From the NCBI GenBank assembly GCA_947463125.1, contig CANHQZ010000005.1:2575-66574 (forward strand): a stretch of 64,000 nucleotides of DNA, in the 5' to 3' direction. Position 1 is the stretch's first letter. Each line of letters starts with the position of its first letter. The notes below the pieces were generated by a model. That model ran no database searches, was not told the DNA's origin, and saw only the letters and a list, made by a program, of their open reading frames with translations. Positions 18,180-27,891 of this stretch are shown here, one piece after another. This stretch comes from Flavobacteriales bacterium. Its GTDB lineage: Bacteria > Bacteroidota > Bacteroidia > NS11-12g > UBA955. The translations under genes were made by a program, and so were the position numbers.

Positions 18180-19552
18180 GTAATTCCAACCATAACAGAC
18201 CTCTCCTTACCATCATTACAGCTGCTGTACTGCTGGCTGGTGTCATGTGGGCATTCAGCAACCCTTCTTGGAACAAGTGGCTAACCGAAAGAGGTTTACG
18301 GTTTACCCAAACGGGGCAGCTGATTCGGGGCGGGGAAAAACCCTACACGATCGTTAAACCAAAGAAAATCGTTGTAAAACCCGATTCTGTTATCCTTAAA
18401 AATCTCACTGCAGCTGAGCGCAAACGCATTGATACCCTGCACAGAAAAATTGCATTTCTAAACAATGCTTCCATTAATGGGAAAGCCCCACTGGATGCCT
18501 TTTTTGCAGCACTTCAAACCACAGCTGATTCACTGGTACACATTTGGTACTATGGCGATTCACAAATTGAAGGAGACCGAATTACCCAGGACTTAAGGCT
18601 TTTGCTGCAAAAGCAATTTGGTGGAATTGGCCAGGGGCTGGTCCCTCTGAATGATGTGGCCAGTTACCGTTTTCTTGAAACCGACTGCAGAGGTTTTGTT
18701 AAATACAATGTTTTCAACCACCGCAAATCAACAGGTTTTGGCTTTAGTGGAATCAAATACCGCATTAAAACCGGCGATTCCACACCGGCACAGTCTACTT
18801 TTAAAGTTCTACCCGGTCTTCAGTTCAGTAAGGTATACCTTTTGCATGATAAGGTTGAAAAAGCGATGGTGCGGGTTTCTGCCGATAAACATACAGAAAA
18901 TGAGGTTACCCTTACAGGTGCAAAAACCCTGTTGCACGAGGGCAAATGCAAAGAACTGAAGGTGAAGTACCCAACCGGGATTCCCTCGGTATTTGGTTAT
19001 TTGCTGGAGGGACAGAAAGGAATACAAATTGACAATTGTGGTATTCGCGGCCACAGTGGTGACGGACTTTTTAATATCAGCGAGGGCATTTTGAAACAAC
19101 ACGCATCGCTTTTAAATACCAAACTTGTGGTATTTCACTACGGGAATAATGCCATTCCATATCTGAAGAGTGAGGCCCATGCAGCGCAGGTGGGCAATGA
19201 ATTTTACAAGTTGTTCGTTAAATTCCGAAAAGCACTTCCCAAAGTGAGTATTCTGGTTATCAGCGGCGGAGATATGGGCAGGCTGATAGATGAAAAACCG
19301 GAATCCTATCCCTTTGCCGCAGCCCTTGCCTCAGAAATGGGAAAAGCAGCCGAAAAGGCAGGATGTGCATTTTTTGATATGCATGCACTAATGCAGACCA
19401 ATGAAGGTATAGAAGGCTGGGTAAAACAAGGCAAGGCCAGTATCGACGGCCACCTCAGTGTCTACGGACAAAAGTTTTTTGCCCAGGCCCTTTACCGAGA
19501 GTTGATGAAGTCCTATGAAATTTACCAGATAAGCCATACCCGAAGCCATTAA
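18176..19552 (+). CDS. Membrane-anchored SGNH/GDSL-like hydrolase or acyltransferase (DltD/AlgJ/PatB-like)
   Basis: N-terminal TM helix. SGNH blocks are present: YYGDSQIEG (I), GIRGHSGDG (II), HYGNNA (III) and IDGHL (V). Confidence 0.6.
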   Translation: MSNSNHNRPLLTIITAAVLLAGVMWAFSNPSWNKWLTERGLRFTQTGQLIRGGEKPYTIVKPKKIVVKPDSVILKNLTAAERKRIDTLHRKIAFLNNASINGKAPLDAFFAALQTTADSLVHIWYYGDSQIEGDRITQDLRLLLQKQFGGIGQGLVPLNDVASYRFLETDCRGFVKYNVFNHRKSTGFGFSGIKYRIKTGDSTPAQSTFKVLPGLQFSKVYLLHDKVEKAMVRVSADKHTENEVTLTGAKTLLHEGKCKELKVKYPTGIPSVFGYLLEGQKGIQIDNCGIRGHSGDGLFNISEGILKQHASLLNTKLVVFHYGNNAIPYLKSEAHAAQVGNEFYKLFVKFRKALPKVSILVISGGDMGRLIDEKPESYPFAAALASEMGKAAEKAGCAFFDMHALMQTNEGIEGWVKQGKASIDGHLSVYGQKFFAQALYRELMKSYEIYQISHTRSH

Positions 19553-19568
19553 AAAGATTTTTTCCATA

Positions 19569-21341
19569 TTGCTCTTTACCGGATGCTGGTTTCTGAAAGC
19601 ACAGCATGCTCTTCCCGCCTGGCCGGAGAACCGTTATACCCCCTACCCTTTTCTGCATACAGAATTCAACACCCTGCAATTCTATGACAGAAAGCTGGCT
19701 GAACCTTTGTTTCTGAAACTGAACAATGCTGTCAACAAGCGCGTAAATCTGCTCTATATTGGAGATTCCCATGTACAGGCAGACGATTTTACAGGTGAAC
19801 TGCGATCGCGTTTTCAGCTTACTTATGGCAATGCAGGCAGAGGCCTGGTTTTTCCATATTCCACCGCCCGAACCCATGCTGCCGTTGATTATGTTACCTC
19901 ACACACCGGTCGCTGGCTTTACTCCAAAAATATTGAGGCGGCACCCCAGCTGCCGCTGGGCGTTAGCGGAGTAACGGCAAGGACTACGGACAGCAATGCC
20001 TCATTCAGGCTCAGTTTCAGGGGAACCGTTCAGCCCGAACACAAACGCCTGCGTATTTTGCTGAAACGGGATGCTCAAAGCTATGATTTTAACGTTCGTT
20101 CCGGCAATACCCAGATACAGGTAGACGTATTTAATCCGGCATTACCGGATAATACCCCAATGCTGGTGATAGATTTACCGACAGTAACCAGTGACTTTGT
20201 ATTTACACTTAAAAAAACCGATACTGCCCAATCTGTATTCGAGATTTACGGTATCAGCATTGAAACACCCGATGATGCAGGGGTTTTGTTTCACAGTGTG
20301 GGAATTAACGGAGCCGGCCATTATTCGCTGCTTAGGCAAAACCTGATGAAGGAACAGCTTGAGCTTATTAAACCTGACGCCGTTATCATAGATCTGGGGG
20401 CAAATGATTTTTACAGAGGAAAAATTGACAAAGACGTTTTTAGCAGTAACCTGCTGAAAATCGTGAATATCATTCGCAGTGCAAACCCGGAAACCTCCAT
20501 TATACTGGGCTGTTCTCAGGATATTTACCGAGGAGGATACAGTTTACCCGACTGCATGGTGTTTTCCGATATCATCAGGGAATTTTCGCAAAAGCATCAA
20601 TGTCTTTTCTACGACTGGTACTGGGTTTCAGGAGGTCGTTTTTCTATGATGCGCTGGAGCCAAAGTACACTTGCCAAGTGGGATATGGTTCACCTCACAC
20701 ACAGCGGTTATTTGCTGAAAGGACAACTGATGGCCGAAAGTTATGAAAGGACGGCTTACTGGCTAAAACACAATGACACCGCAGAATCTTTGTTTTATAA
20801 TGTTGATTCTCTCAGAACTCCGCTCATTGATACTTCAAAAAAAGATGCTGTTACCACACAGACACAAGTGCGTTATCAATGGGTTTACCACCGGGTGCTG
20901 CGCGGACAAACCATCTGGTCGGTTGCTGCCTGGTATGGCGTAAGCGCTTATCAGATTAAGAAATGGAATCGGCTGAGGAGCAATTATTTGTGGACAGGTC
21001 AAGTATTGAAAATATATGCACCTATTAAAGTTTTGGTTCCTGTGAAGCCCGTCAACCCTGTCATAACCAGTCCTTCCGACTCAGCCAGTATTGTAAAGCC
21101 CGACACCACCAAAAAGGTTATTCCTGCCCCAAGAGTGAACCAACGTCCGCCGGCCCCGCGTCCGCAGCCCAGACCACAGCCTCAGCCCACAGTGTCCAAG
21201 GAAGTTTACCACAAGGTAAAAACCGGTGAAACCCTATTCTCAATCTCCCGGAAATACGGCAGCAGCACCTCGGCCATCATGAAGTTGAATAATATGAGAA
21301 GCCATAATCTAAGAGCAGGTCAAACCATTCGTGTAAAATAA
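19569..21341 (+). CDS. SGNH/GDSL-like hydrolase or acyltransferase with two C-terminal LysM domains
   Basis: SGNH blocks LYIGDSHVQAD (I), VGINGAG (II), DLGANDF (III) and DMVHLTHSGY (V). LysM 1 lies at about 20885-21018 (YHRVLRGQTIWSVAAWYGVS...). A Pro-rich linker (RPPAPRPQPRPQPQP) follows, then LysM 2 at about 21201-21338 (YHKVKTGETLFSISRKYGSS...). Confidence 0.7.
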   Translation: MLFTGCWFLKAQHALPAWPENRYTPYPFLHTEFNTLQFYDRKLAEPLFLKLNNAVNKRVNLLYIGDSHVQADDFTGELRSRFQLTYGNAGRGLVFPYSTARTHAAVDYVTSHTGRWLYSKNIEAAPQLPLGVSGVTARTTDSNASFRLSFRGTVQPEHKRLRILLKRDAQSYDFNVRSGNTQIQVDVFNPALPDNTPMLVIDLPTVTSDFVFTLKKTDTAQSVFEIYGISIETPDDAGVLFHSVGINGAGHYSLLRQNLMKEQLELIKPDAVIIDLGANDFYRGKIDKDVFSSNLLKIVNIIRSANPETSIILGCSQDIYRGGYSLPDCMVFSDIIREFSQKHQCLFYDWYWVSGGRFSMMRWSQSTLAKWDMVHLTHSGYLLKGQLMAESYERTAYWLKHNDTAESLFYNVDSLRTPLIDTSKKDAVTTQTQVRYQWVYHRVLRGQTIWSVAAWYGVSAYQIKKWNRLRSNYLWTGQVLKIYAPIKVLVPVKPVNPVITSPSDSASIVKPDTTKKVIPAPRVNQRPPAPRPQPRPQPQPTVSKEVYHKVKTGETLFSISRKYGSSTSAIMKLNNMRSHNLRAGQTIRVK

Positions 21342-22747
21342 TGGCATTCAACTCATCGCTATTTATCCTGGTTTTTGTGGTTTTTTACTGCCTGTATGTT
21401 CCTCTGGCAGGCAAACCCGGATTCAGAACCGCGTTGCTGTTTGTTTTCAATGCTGTTTTCTATTATTTATTGGGCGGTTTGGGCATCGGCATTTTGCTGG
21501 CTTTGAGTGTGGCCGATTTTTTTCTGGCAAAAGGTATTTTTCGTTCCGGATCAGAAAACAAGAAACGTTTTCTATTGTGGATCAGCATACTGCTGAATAT
21601 CGGGCTGATATTAACCTTCAGGCATTTCAGCCAATGGTTTGGATTCCGGGAAATTCCATTTTGGCCGGCCACCATAGGCGTTTCCTTTTATGTGTTCCGG
21701 TCCCTGGGCTATGTGCTGGATGTGTATCATGAAAACATAGAAACCCCGGAAAGCAACTGGGTGCGGTACTTTACCTACCTGAGCTTTTTCCCACTAATGC
21801 TGCAGGGACCCATTTCTCCGGCCCGTGATTTTTTGCCCGAACTGCGCAAAGGGTTTTCCGCCAAGGAGGTTCCTTCCGGAGAAGCTTTTTTCTTTCTGAT
21901 TTCGGGAATTATTAAGAAATACGCACTGGCTGCCTATATCACAGCCAATTTCACGGAACGTGTATTTGGAAGTCCGCACCTGTTTACGGGCATGGAAAAC
22001 CTCTTCGCTGCCATCGGACAGGCACTGGTGGTTTTTCTGGATTTCAGCGGCTATACTGATATGATGCTGGGCATGGCTTTACTGCTGGGTTTTAGGATAT
22101 CTGAAAATTTCAATTTCCCGTATGCTTCCTCCAACATTACCGAATACTGGCGCAGGTGGCACATGAGCCTCAGCAAATGGCTAAACGAATACCTGTTTTT
22201 CCCGCTTTCGTTTACATTAAGGGGATGGAAAAAATGGGGCACCGTACTGGCGGTAATGATAACTTTTGTCATCAGCGGATTCTGGCACGGAACATCCCTC
22301 AACTACACCTTCTGGGGAACACTGCACGGCCTGGCATTGTCATGGGACATTGCTTCATCGGGAATGCGCGATACAATCAAAAAATGGATTCCCAGATGGC
22401 TGTATCAACCCGTTTCGGTGGCCTTAACCTTCCTGTTTCTGGCGTTAAGCGGTATTTATTTCCGTCTGGAAGACATGGAAATCGCCACCGGCATGCTGTC
22501 TCATATTTTCACCGACAGAGACTGGTCGGTGTTTGGCAACTGGCTGCGTGATTTCGGCGGAGTATTTGCCGTAATGTGTGGCGTGCTGCTGTGGCAATGG
22601 ACCGCAGGCAAGCTGTATCCAAAAATGCAGCAGACTTTCATCCGTTCGGGTTGGTTTATGCAAGCTGTTTTATTGGTGCTTGCCATTTTCCTGACCTACC
22701 AGATCTCCGGTATGGAGCCCATTCCATTTATCTACCAAAAATTTTAA
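21341..22747 (+). CDS. MBOAT family membrane-bound O-acyltransferase (DltB/AlgI/PatA-like)
   Basis: 468 aa, polytopic. Contains NITEYWRRWHMSLSKWL and FVISGFWHG (conserved His). The start codon shares a base with the upstream stop. Confidence 0.85.
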   Translation: MAFNSSLFILVFVVFYCLYVPLAGKPGFRTALLFVFNAVFYYLLGGLGIGILLALSVADFFLAKGIFRSGSENKKRFLLWISILLNIGLILTFRHFSQWFGFREIPFWPATIGVSFYVFRSLGYVLDVYHENIETPESNWVRYFTYLSFFPLMLQGPISPARDFLPELRKGFSAKEVPSGEAFFFLISGIIKKYALAAYITANFTERVFGSPHLFTGMENLFAAIGQALVVFLDFSGYTDMMLGMALLLGFRISENFNFPYASSNITEYWRRWHMSLSKWLNEYLFFPLSFTLRGWKKWGTVLAVMITFVISGFWHGTSLNYTFWGTLHGLALSWDIASSGMRDTIKKWIPRWLYQPVSVALTFLFLALSGIYFRLEDMEIATGMLSHIFTDRDWSVFGNWLRDFGGVFAVMCGVLLWQWTAGKLYPKMQQTFIRSGWFMQAVLLVLAIFLTYQISGMEPIPFIYQKF

Positions 22748-23506
22748 TCAGAGTTTGCCAGTAATGGCATAGGCCATATATCCCACCCATTCTTTTACAA
22801 TTGCATCACAGCGAAACAGCGCTTCGCTGCTGGGAATAAAGAAATCGGGGAGAAAATAACCGCGTCCGTAATCGCTGATAAAGTGCACAGGATATGGGAC
22901 CACAGCTATTCCGGCTTTGGCAAATGTGCCCCGAGCCCTGCGCATGTGAAAGGATGAAGTAACCAGTAAAACAGAGCCATCAATATGCTTGTCTTTCAAT
23001 AACTTGGCTGTGTTAAGGGCATTCTCATATGTGTTTCTGGATTTACTTTCCTTGATGATAACCGAATCGGGAATGCCGTAGCTTTTTAGGATGGGAAGTA
23101 CGTAATCAGCTTCGGGTTTGGTGCGTCCGGTTACGGAAGAGGAACCGCCGGAAAGGATGATGCGTTTGATTTTCTTTTGCTGATACAGGTTTACCACAGA
23201 ATACAGTCGATCAGCGGCATCGCTCATCTGCACGCGGTTGCGGTGGGCATCAAATTCGGCGTAGCCACCCAGAATAACGGCCGTTTCCGGGATGTTTACC
23301 TCTTTTTGCGGTTCCATTTCCCAGGCCTGGGTGATTTCATTGACCAAAACTTTATTGGATGACAAGAACAGGATCAGCAGGCTGATAAGAATGAGTTTTC
23401 TGCGCCTTTCGGGAAGTTTGGTAACAAAAGCCCAGATCAGCAATCCCACGCTCCAGCAAAGCGGACGGATGAATATCACCAGTATTTTTGAGAGGAGGAA
23501 AAACAT
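22748..23506 (-). CDS. DUF218 / YdcF-SanA-ElyC family envelope protein
   Basis: N-terminal TM segment, ILGG...ILSGGSS core and RNTYENA motif. Its stop codon abuts the MBOAT stop with no spacer. Confidence 0.7.
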   Translation of the reverse strand: MFFLLSKILVIFIRPLCWSVGLLIWAFVTKLPERRRKLILISLLILFLSSNKVLVNEITQAWEMEPQKEVNIPETAVILGGYAEFDAHRNRVQMSDAADRLYSVVNLYQQKKIKRIILSGGSSSVTGRTKPEADYVLPILKSYGIPDSVIIKESKSRNTYENALNTAKLLKDKHIDGSVLLVTSSFHMRRARGTFAKAGIAVVPYPVHFISDYGRGYFLPDFFIPSSEALFRCDAIVKEWVGYMAYAITGKL

Positions 23507-23545
23507 TGTTGTTTTAATATACGAAATTAGGGGGAGATTTCCAAA

Positions 23546-24844
23546 TTATTCCGCACCCAGCAACCGCTGCAACACATGGTAATATTGCAGTGCCGTAAAC
23601 TGTGTCTGCATCAAGGCTGACAAAGCCGTTTCATACTGTATCTGGACCTGCGACAATTCCACCCTGTTGTATTTGCCCAGCGAAAATGCCTTCTGTGAAA
23701 TTTCAAGAATCTCCCTGTATTGACCCATTGCCTGTTTTTGAAGTGCGGTTTGCTGTTGCGCAATGCTCCATCGTTTTATAGCGATAAACATATTCGATTT
23801 AGCATCCAGCAAAGCTTTGTTGTAAGCAATCTCTGCCATGGAAACCCTGAAAGATGCCATTTGGATATCCTTGCGAATGTTGCCACCATTAAACAAATTG
23901 TAACTCAAATTAAGTCCCACGGAAGATGCTGTGGTTTGGTTCTTTAATAATAAACCCACATCCGAGCGGCTGTTTAGAAGATTGGTATTTGCCTGTGCCG
24001 ACAATGTGGGATAAATTGCCGATTTTGCCATACTCCGGTTTTGCTTAATGGCTTCCCACTCTGCTTTTTTCTGACTTAGTTCGCTATTGCTTTTCAGCAG
24101 GGCTGCCTCCGATGTATCAGGCAGGGGAAAATTTTCGGGCATTTCGATTACAGCGGGCGTAAAAACACGGTCAGCAGGCTCGTTCATCAGCAAATTGAGT
24201 GAAGCCAGTGCCTCGCTCAGCATGGCCATTCTGTCCAGGGTTTTGGCTTTTTGCGCAGCTTCATCTGCCCTGGCCTGCAGCAAATCTAGTTCGGTAGCCT
24301 TGCCGTTTTGCAACAGCAATTGTACCTGTGCAGTTTTCAGTGAAAAAAAACTGTCCAGGGACTGCATCTGTCTGAGCCATTGCAATTCATTCACCCATTT
24401 ATAGTATGCATTCAGAACCTGTTCGCGCAGCAACGATTTTCTTAGCCTGTAGGCTTCATTTGCCGCCGTTTCTTCCCATTCAAGGGATTGTTTGCGGGCC
24501 TGAACAGAGAATCCTCCAAACAGCAACTGACCGGCCTGCACATTGCCGTTAAAGGCACTGCTGCCTGCCCCTTTTCGCGAAACTTCACTTCCGTTGTTAA
24601 ACGTAAGATTGGCATTTTGCGTGGCGGTATTCCATCCGCTGAGCAGTGAAACCTGTGGAAGTCCCCCTGCCCTGCCCATTGTGTTGTTGATTGCCGCGAT
24701 GGATTTCATTTTTTCGGCGCTCTGCAAATCGGGATTGTTTTTAAAGGCCTTTTCCAGTGCCTGTTCTGGCGACAATACCTGGGCATGCAGAAATGAAAAC
24801 CAGCTACTCAACAAAAGAAGGAATATATACCGGACTGTTTTCAT
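23546..24844 (-). CDS. TolC family outer-membrane efflux protein
   Basis: Signal peptide and two repeated coiled-coil/beta halves typical of OMF proteins. The ATG at 24844 overlaps the RND stop (ATGA); the ORF track extends to 24865. Confidence 0.8.
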   Translation of the reverse strand: MKTVRYIFLLLLSSWFSFLHAQVLSPEQALEKAFKNNPDLQSAEKMKSIAAINNTMGRAGGLPQVSLLSGWNTATQNANLTFNNGSEVSRKGAGSSAFNGNVQAGQLLFGGFSVQARKQSLEWEETAANEAYRLRKSLLREQVLNAYYKWVNELQWLRQMQSLDSFFSLKTAQVQLLLQNGKATELDLLQARADEAAQKAKTLDRMAMLSEALASLNLLMNEPADRVFTPAVIEMPENFPLPDTSEAALLKSNSELSQKKAEWEAIKQNRSMAKSAIYPTLSAQANTNLLNSRSDVGLLLKNQTTASSVGLNLSYNLFNGGNIRKDIQMASFRVSMAEIAYNKALLDAKSNMFIAIKRWSIAQQQTALQKQAMGQYREILEISQKAFSLGKYNRVELSQVQIQYETALSALMQTQFTALQYYHVLQRLLGAE

Positions 24845-27800
24845 CGTTTGTTTTTGGATAGCCATAAATACATGGTGGGAATGACAATGAGGGTAAACAA
24901 CAGTGATATCATCAGTCCGCCCATCACCACAATGCCCATTCCCTGCCTGCTGGCAGCACCGGAACCAAAAGCGATGGCAATAGGCATCGCACCAAAGATT
25001 GTGGCAATGGTGGTCATTAAAATGGGTCTGAGGCGCATTTCAGAAGCCTGCAGGATGGCCTCGAACTTGCTTTTACCGTTTTCACGAAGCTGATTGGCAA
25101 ATTCCACAATTAGGATGCCGTTTTTTGTTACCAAACCAATAAGCATGATGATACCTATTTGTGAAAATATGTTGAGGGTTTGGTTGAAATACCAAAGTGA
25201 AAACAAGGCGCCTGCTAGCGCCAGTGGAACGGTAAGCATGATGATAAACGGATCGGTGAGGCTTTCAAACTGGGCGGCCAGCAGCAGGTAAATCAGAAAT
25301 AGCGACAACAAAAATATGAACGACAGGTTATCGTTGCTCTCCTCAAAATCCCGGGAACTGCCCGTGAGTTCGGTTTTGTAGGTATCATCAAGGTGCTTTT
25401 TCGCAATATTTCGCATGGCTTTGATGCCATCTCCCACGGTTTTACCAGGCGGCAAACCTGCTGATACGGTAGCCGACACAAAACGGTTGTAATGGTAACG
25501 CTGGGGCGGTGCACTTTCTTCGTTTACTTTCACTAGGGTTCTTAGCTGAACCGGTTCCCCATTGCGGTTTTTCACATACAAGCTCTCCAGATCGGCAGGT
25601 TCATCGCGGTTGGCCCTGTCAAGTTGCCCTATCACCTGATACTGTCGTCCGCCTTGTGTGAAGTAACCAAACCGCTGTGCACTGAATGCCAGTTGCAGGG
25701 TTTGTGCAATTTCCTGCATGCTCACCCCTGCTTTTGCGGCGCGTTCGCGGTCTATTTCAATGTTAATTTCGGGTTTATTAAATTTCAGGTTTACGTCCAC
25801 CGCCTGTAGGTTTGGGTCTTTGGAAGCGTCTTCCATAAAGGCCGGCAGCACTGCTTTCAGTTTTTCAAAGTTTTGTGCCTGAATAACAAACTGTACGGGT
25901 TGACCGAAACCCGCACCTCCGGTAGAAATTGTCTGAGGCTGAATGACAAAGGTTTTAGCCGTGTTCATGCCCATTGTCTTTTTCTGAATATACTGGGCAA
26001 TTTCGGACTGACTGCGCTTACGTTGGGAGGCATCGGTGAGCCGGATGCGGGCAAAACCGGTATTCACGGAACCGGAGCCCGCAAATTGCGGTGATGTAAC
26101 GGTGAGTGCCACTGCGATTTCAGGCACGGAATCATCCAAAAACTGCGCCAGTTGAATCATGTGGGCATCGGTATATTCATAGGAGGCGCTTTCGGAAGCT
26201 GTAACCGATAGACGAAACCAGTTGCGGTCATCCATGGGAGCCAACTCCTTGGGCAAGGTTTTGAAATAATACACACCTGCAGCCAAGGACAACACCAGTA
26301 TCCCCAATGCCATCCATTTCTTGTGCAGTATGCCGTTCAACCAGTTTCGGTAGCCGCTGTTTAACCTTTCAAAAAAAGGCTCTGTGGCTTCGTAAAAACG
26401 GCTGCGTTTGTTGTTTTTCCTCACCAGATACGCATTGAGCATGGGCGTGAGGGTCAGCGATACAAAGGCTGAAATCAGTACGGATGATGCAAGCACGACA
26501 CCAAATTCCCTGAAAAGCCTTCCGGTAAAGCCTTGCAGAAAGATTACCGGCAAAAACACGGCGGCCAGGGTTAGCGATGTACTCACCACAGCAAAGATGA
26601 TTTCACGCGTACCTTCAATGGCGGCGGTTACCGGGTTCTCTCCTCTTTCGATGCGCTTGTAAATATTTTCTGTTACCACAATACCGTCATCCACCACCAA
26701 TCCGGTTGCCAGCACAATGGCCAGCAGGGTAAGCACATTGATGGAAAAACCCATGAGGTACATGATAAAAAACGTTCCCACCAGTGAAACGGGAATATCT
26801 ATGAGCGGGCGGATCGCCACGATGGCATCACGGAAAAAGAGATACACTACCAATATCACCAGCACAAATGCGATAAGCAGGGTTTCGCCCACTTCTTTTA
26901 CGGAACGGCGTACAAATTCCGTGGTATCAAGTACTACATCCAGTTCTATATCGGCGGGGAGTTCTTTTTTTAGGGATTCAAGCCGTTTATAAAATTCCGT
27001 GGCAATTTCTATCTGGTTAGAACCGGGCTGAGGCACCACTGCAATAGCCACCATGGGCACACCGCTTTGCCTGAGTATGGTGGTTTCATTTTCCGGACCC
27101 AGCTGCACCTGCGCCACATCTTTCAGATAAACATTTCCTGCATCGGTGCTTTTCAGGAGCATGTTTTCAAATTGTGCAACGGTTTCAAGATTAGCCCGTG
27201 TATTGATGTTGAGTTCGGTAGTGTTACCTTCTATTTTACCGGAGGGTAAATCCACGTTTTGCTGCTGCAACGCAAGCCGCACATCGGAAGGCGAAATGCC
27301 GCGTGCAGCCATTTGGGCCGGATTCAGCCATAGGCGCATGGCATAGCGTTTTTGTCCCCAGATTTGCACACCGCTTACGCCCGGAATTGTTTGAATCCGC
27401 TGGGCAATTACGTTTTCAGCGTAGTCACTCAGATCGGTTTGTTTACGGTCGCTGCTGCGAACCGTCATACTGAGAATAGCGTCACTATTGGCATCGGCCT
27501 TGGAAACACTGGGAACGGCATCTATATCCTGCGGAAGCTGCCTAACTGCCTGCGAAACCTTGTCACGAACATCGTTGGCGGCACGTTCCAGATCCACGCT
27601 GAGCTCAAATTCCAACGTGATAACTGAACTGCCCTGGTTGCTGGCAGATGAAATGGTGCGTATGCCTTCAATGCTGTTGAGTGCTTTCTCCAGCGGTTCG
27701 GTAATTTGGCTTTCCACCACTTCGGCATTGGCACCGGTGTAGCCAGTCCTTACCGTAATAATGGGCGGATCGATGGAAGGAAATTCGCGAACGCCAAGGA

Positions 27801-27891
27801 ATTTATAACCAATTCCACCAAAAACCAGAATGAGCAAAGACATCACCATGCTCAGCACGGGTCGTTTTACGCTCAGTTCGGAGAGGTTCAT
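24841..27891 (-). CDS. RND efflux pump inner-membrane permease (AcrB/HAE1 family)
   Basis: 1016 aa with a 12-TM architecture, N-terminal MNLSELSVKRPVLSMVMSLLILVFG, and a VVDDGIVVTENI motif. Confidence 0.95.
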   Translation of the reverse strand: MNLSELSVKRPVLSMVMSLLILVFGGIGYKFLGVREFPSIDPPIITVRTGYTGANAEVVESQITEPLEKALNSIEGIRTISSASNQGSSVITLEFELSVDLERAANDVRDKVSQAVRQLPQDIDAVPSVSKADANSDAILSMTVRSSDRKQTDLSDYAENVIAQRIQTIPGVSGVQIWGQKRYAMRLWLNPAQMAARGISPSDVRLALQQQNVDLPSGKIEGNTTELNINTRANLETVAQFENMLLKSTDAGNVYLKDVAQVQLGPENETTILRQSGVPMVAIAVVPQPGSNQIEIATEFYKRLESLKKELPADIELDVVLDTTEFVRRSVKEVGETLLIAFVLVILVVYLFFRDAIVAIRPLIDIPVSLVGTFFIMYLMGFSINVLTLLAIVLATGLVVDDGIVVTENIYKRIERGENPVTAAIEGTREIIFAVVSTSLTLAAVFLPVIFLQGFTGRLFREFGVVLASSVLISAFVSLTLTPMLNAYLVRKNNKRSRFYEATEPFFERLNSGYRNWLNGILHKKWMALGILVLSLAAGVYYFKTLPKELAPMDDRNWFRLSVTASESASYEYTDAHMIQLAQFLDDSVPEIAVALTVTSPQFAGSGSVNTGFARIRLTDASQRKRSQSEIAQYIQKKTMGMNTAKTFVIQPQTISTGGAGFGQPVQFVIQAQNFEKLKAVLPAFMEDASKDPNLQAVDVNLKFNKPEINIEIDRERAAKAGVSMQEIAQTLQLAFSAQRFGYFTQGGRQYQVIGQLDRANRDEPADLESLYVKNRNGEPVQLRTLVKVNEESAPPQRYHYNRFVSATVSAGLPPGKTVGDGIKAMRNIAKKHLDDTYKTELTGSSRDFEESNDNLSFIFLLSLFLIYLLLAAQFESLTDPFIIMLTVPLALAGALFSLWYFNQTLNIFSQIGIIMLIGLVTKNGILIVEFANQLRENGKSKFEAILQASEMRLRPILMTTIATIFGAMPIAIAFGSGAASRQGMGIVVMGGLMISLLFTLIVIPTMYLWLSKNKR

